NCBI RefSeq assembly: GCF_009914755.1
Contig: NC_060942.1
DNA: 64,000 bases
Origin: the human T2T-CHM13v2.0 reference genome, Homo sapiens
Reading direction: 5' to 3' (one strand)
Below are positions 59,021 through 64,000 of the stretch, piece after piece. The position numbers and the translations under genes are program-made. The stretch's first letter is position 1. Each line of letters begins with the position of its first letter. Under the pieces are notes generated by a model that saw nothing but the letters and a program-made list of their open reading frames with translations, had not been told where the DNA came from and ran no database searches.

Positions 59021-60339
59021 CATACCACATGTTCTTTAGCCATTCATTTGCTAATGACACTTCGGTTGTTTCCATATCTTGGCTATCTTGAATAATGCTG
59101 CAATGCACATGGGAATACAGATATCTCTTTGGCATACTGATTTCATTTCCTTTGGACATATGTCCATTAGTGGGGTTGCTGAATCATATGGTAGTTTTAT
59201 TCATAGTTGTTTGAAGAACCTCTAGACTGTTTTCCGTAGTAGTTGAACTATTTTACAATCCCACTAACAGTGCACCAGGGTTCCAATTTCTTCATATCTT
59301 TGTAACACTTGTTATATTTTATTATTTTTTAATAGTAGTCCTCCTAATATATGTAAGGTGATACCTCATTGTAGTTTTGATTTGTGTTTCTCTATTGATT
59401 AGTGATATTGAGCATCTCTTCATATACTTGATGGTGATTTATATATCATATTTTGAGAAATGTATATTCAAGTCTTTTGTCCATTTTTAAAATTCAGATT
59501 ATTTGATTCCTTGTTGTGGAGTTGTAGGATTTCTTTATACATTGTGGATATTGGCCCCTTATCAGATATACAATGTGTAAATATGTTCTCCTATTTTATA
59601 ATTGTCTTTTCACTTTGTTGATTATATCTTTTACTGCATAAAAGTTTTTGTTGTTTATTTTTTAAGTTTGAGGTAGTCCCCCCTTGCCTATCTTTGCTGT
59701 TACTCTCTGTGGATTTTGTGCCATGCCCTAGAAATCATTGTCAAGGCAATGTTATGAAGTTTCCCCCTGTGTTTTATTCCAGAAGCTTTATAGTTTGGGG
59801 TCTTACATTTGGGTCTTCAATCTATTTTGATTTAAATTTTGTACATGATGTAAGACAAGGCTCAACTTCATTCTTTTGCATGTGGATATCCAGTTTTCTC
59901 AAAAGGATTTGTTAAACAAAATGTCCTTTCCCTACTGAGTGGTCTTGCCACCCTTTTCAAAGATCAGGTATATTAGTTTGTAATTTTCTTTCTTTTTTTG
60001 GTAGTGTCTTTGGCTTTAGTATCAGAGTAATGCTGGTCTCATAGAATGAGTTTGGAAGAATCTCTCCTTTTCATTTTTTTTGGTAAAGTTTCAGGAGAAT
60101 TGGTGTTAATTCATTTTTAAGTGTTTGATAGAATAATTCTCCAGTGAAGCGATCTGATTTTGGGCTTTTCTTTGTTGAGAAGTTTTTGATTACTGATTCA
60201 ATTTTCTTGTTTGTTATAGTTTGTTCAGGCTTTCTATTTCTTAATTTTTCAGTCATGATGGGTTGTGTTTTCTAGAAATCTATGCATTTCTTCTAGGTTG
60301 TCAAGTGTATTGACATATAATAGTTTATAGTCATCTCTT

Positions 60340-60502
60340 TTTTTTATTATACTTTATGTTTTAGGGTACATGTGCACATTGTGCAGGTTAGTTACATATG
60401 TATACATGTGCCATGCTGGTGCGCTGCACCCACTAACTTGTCTATAAAGACACATGCACACGTATGTTTATTGCAGCATTATTCACAATAGCAAAGACTT
60501 GG
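60340..60502 (-). mobile_element. Short L1PA2-like insertion with 5' inversion (twin priming)
   Basis: Antisense L1 3' terminus (60340 to about 60442) joined to a sense L1 piece (about 60442-60502); TSD agtcatctctt at 60329-60339 and 60503-60513. Confidence 0.92.
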
Positions 60503-61689
60503 AGTCATCTCTTATAATCATTTTTATTTCTGTGGTATCAGTTGTAATGTCTTATCTTTTATTTCTAATTTAGTTATTTGAGCTTTCTTTCCTTTTTTAT
60601 TAGTTATTCTAGCTAAAGCTTTGTCCATTTTGTTGATCTTTTCAAGAAACCAACTCTTAGCTTCATTGATTTTTTTTTCCTATTGTTTTTCTATTCACTA
60701 TTCGATTTATTTCTGCTCTAATCTTTATCATTTGTTTTTGCCTTTTACTTTTGGGTTTAGTGTGTTTCTTTTTTAGTTTCTTAAGGTATAAAGTTAGATT
60801 GTTTGAGTTCTTTTTTCTTTTTGTTACACATTTGTGATATAAATTTCCATTTTAGCATGATTTTTGTATCCAATGTTTGGCTGCTTAATATCAGGTGCTT
60901 TATAAAGTACATTTATTTCTTCTCTTTTTTTCTATCCTGGATCCTCATCCTTTCATGTGACTATTATTGATTGAGTGCCTTCTCTGAGCCAAGCAACAAG
61001 CTGTAACTGGTGAACACCATACATAAGCAAAACAGTGGTTATCATGCCGTGTACTAAGACTTTAAGGAAAGTAGTGTATGCTGAAAACAGAATATGTATA
61101 ACAAGTCCTGTATCAATAACAGTTTTTTTCTGCATTCAGAAAATCTAAGCCATTATGACTTAAACAATGAACACATGTACTGCATTGAATAATTAGAAGT
61201 TCAGAGGAATATCAAGCATTGAGATTGTCTTTGTGTGAAAATTCTGTCTCTCTCTCTCTGTGGTTATCCCAGCTCTGCCCTTCTTTGTGTGCTGGGTTCA
61301 TCTTCCGACCAATAACAATGAGGCTGCAACAGTGATGGGATGCATATTCAAAAGGAACCATATCTAAAAGAAGCAGAAAAAATATTGCTGGTAGGAGGGA
61401 TGAGATTAGCATCCCTGATTAGTGGGTTTCAACAAATGTTTCAAGAGACATTACTCACAATTTTGTGTAATGCACTATTATTTTCTACTCTATCTCATTT
61501 TAAAAACATTCTTTCACCACGAACTATTAATAAATTTATTTTATGAATGACCAGTGGAGCACTCGCTACTGGTGAACTATAATTACTTACCTTTATCAGG
61601 GTCTACCCCTGGGGCTAAGTACAGTCACCAAAACTGTAGGGTGTTGGAGAGTGATGGGAAGATTTCAGGAAGTAGGACATATGGTGTCC

Positions 61690-62420
61690 ACCATAGTCTC
61701 CTGACCCCGACTTGAATGGCTGTGATGGGAGATGGAGGTGTTGGAAATGGAGTAACATGCAGTGAGGTGAAAAGCAGTTCAATATGGCTAGGATGTGGAA
61801 TGTGAGAGAAGAAATGTAAAGATAGACATTGAAAAAAATTTAAGAAGTTAGGACTTTTTGAAGCCATTAAAGATTTTAAAGTTGGGTGATTATAATAAAA
61901 AGATAACTCTAGCTGTGGTGTAAAGACTGTCCTGAAAAGCTGTTACATCTAGCTGAGATTGTGGTGGAATATGAAGGGGATGGGTATGTGGATGAAGAGA
62001 GTAAAAGGATTTTTTGAAAGAGTCTCAATCTGTAGAGTATAGCTGGGAAAATATTAGCCATAAGTTAAGAAACACAGTAATACCAGCTGATTTGAAGGAA
62101 ATAACAGTGAGTTAAAGTTTGGAAACGCTATGTTCTTTTGTCTTTGGGACTTCAGGAGATAAATCAGAGCCTAAAAAGGGATTTGACAATTAGTAGCATG
62201 CAGAAAGAAATGGGATAAACCTAAAGACTAGGAGACGAACCAGCAGTGGAACCCTAAGGCTGCCAACACTTAAGGGGTAAGCAGAAAATAGCACCCACAA
62301 GTACTGGAAAAGGCAGGTGAAGATCTGGAGAACATGGCCACAAAGAAGCTGAGAGAACAGAATGTAAAAGAAAAATTGAGAAATGCTTTAAAGGATATCA
62401 ACTAAGATAAGAAGGGAAAC
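61690..62420 (+). mobile_element. L2 relic
   Basis: gaagccattaaagattttaa...aaaagataactct.gctg, gtgagttaaagtttggaaa, ggaaccctaagg..gccaacacttaaggg. Confidence 0.55.
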
Positions 62421-62434
62421 TGTCTGTTGTAATG

Positions 62435-62510
62435 AGGGGGAGAGAGAGGGAGGGAGGGAAGGAGGGAGGGAGGGACGGAGGGAGGGAGAGAGAGAGAGAG
62501 AAAGAGAGAG
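62435..62510. repeat. (GGGA)n/(GA)n purine tract
   Basis: Seen directly. Confidence 0.95.
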
Positions 62511-63579
62511 CATGCAAGTGCTAACCATCTTGGGAGCACATTTCTGCTGAAGCACCACATGACTGGCAATCTGCCCTGTGTTGAAAGAGTGCATTAGTGA
62601 GTGAATAAATTTTCTATTTCCATCCACCAACTTGAGCTGTGAAAGGAAGAAATGAGAGAAACCTAGCTGGACAAAGCCATAGAGTTGAGGGAACACTTTC
62701 TTTTTATTAAGATAGAAGTGGCATGCAAATAACTTCAGTGAATATAACAATACTTTGTAGCCAGTAAGTAGCTCAGCCTATTGCAGCCAGAAGATACAAA
62801 ATATGTCCTGAAGAGACATATATTTCAACAGGTCAGAAGGAATTAGTGTTTGGAATTTTCTTCCTCCTTGTGTTCTGCACAATCAATGTCACCTACTGCA
62901 TTTTTACCAAGATAACACTTCTTCTCTGTGCTGATTTTTCACTCAGAACAGGTGCTGGCCAAGGAGAGCTATCACACTTCTGCAGAAGCTGTGCCACCAC
63001 ATTCTTGCAAGTAAGGTAGAGCAGCAAAGCCTGTGAATGTTAAAGTAGCCCTGAGGTCCAGCACAGTTCCTGTTGGCAGTGAATTGTCCAAAAGCACAAG
63101 TGGTTTGATGTCCCTATCAGTCCTTCTTCAGAAAAACTGGAATATAAATAACTGCAAGGAATCCTTCCTGTTGGTCATCAAGCTAACTCTGCATGGTGCA
63201 AGGAAACTACTGCCTTTCCTGGTTCATTTGAAGGCATTTGCATTATTTTATGTCTCTGTATTTGTCTTCTAGAGGGTACTGGGCATCTGTATTAATAAAA
63301 CACATAGTCAGCATGACCAAGTATGTAGACACAGAACATCTAATCAAAGAGGTCAAAGAAAGAAGCTTTCTCCAAAAGCTCTCAATGACCATTAAGTTCT
63401 TATATTCCTTATTTAGTACCAGCCCCACAGTCGTCATCTTTTACAGGATAATGTCGACTCGCTTTGCTTGCTGCTCAAGGATGTGTGAAACTAGGCTGCA
63501 GACCACCCTCTGGCACTGTTTTTCTGGTTGTATGTAAGAATTACTCAAGCCAATTGGTCTACCTTCCTAGCACCTTATC

Positions 63580-63955
63580 TTTTTATTATTTTTTTAAATT
63601 CACAGATAAAATTGTATGTATTTACTGTGTGGAATGTGATGTTCTGAAGCATATATATACTGTAGAATACTAAATCTGACTAATCAACCTATGCATCACC
63701 TCACATAGTTATTTTTGTGGTGAGAACACTTTACATCCACTCTTCTGGCATTTTTCAAAGAACACATTATTAACAACAGTCATTGCATTGTACAACAGGT
63801 CTCAACTTTCTCCTCTTATCTAACTGAAATTCTGAATCCTTTGAATATCGCCCCATCCCCACCACCAGCAAAACCCCAACCCCAGGTAACCACCCTTCTC
63901 CTCTCTGCTTCTATGAGATCAATGTTTTCAGATGCCATATAGGAGATCACGCAGG
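63580..63955 (-). mobile_element. L1MA 3' end
   Basis: gataaaattgtatgtattta...catcacctcacatagttatttttgtggtgagaacactt...ctctctgcttctatgagatcaa. Confidence 0.85.
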
Positions 63956-64000
63956 TCACCTTTGGATAGGCAGTTCATGGGGCCAAAAATTCTGTTCCAT

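Overview
Primate, most likely human or great-ape, genomic DNA: AT-rich, CpG-poor and non-coding (intergenic or deep intronic). No protein-coding exon, RNA gene or CpG island could be supported. The window is mostly transposable elements: about 14 Alus (FAM, AluJ, AluS, AluY), L1 pieces of many ages (including a short L1PA2-like insertion with a 5' inversion), solo LTRs (THE1D x2, MST, MLT1, MLT2, MER41B, LTR1-like, MER67-like, LTR37-like), a decayed ERVL internal region, DNA-transposon relics (MER63A, MER5A, MER58A, MER30, MER53, Tigger) and MIR/L2 relics. The supplied ORFs are nearly all Alu-, L1- or simple-repeat-derived; only the L1 ORF2 remnants descend from real coding sequence. I found no convincing new biological system. 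The most notable signals are several locally templated inverted insertions (repair or template-switch scars), a MER41B LTR with both STAT GAS motifs intact, and the young twin-primed L1. Repeat family names are from my recall of consensus sequences, not from a database search.
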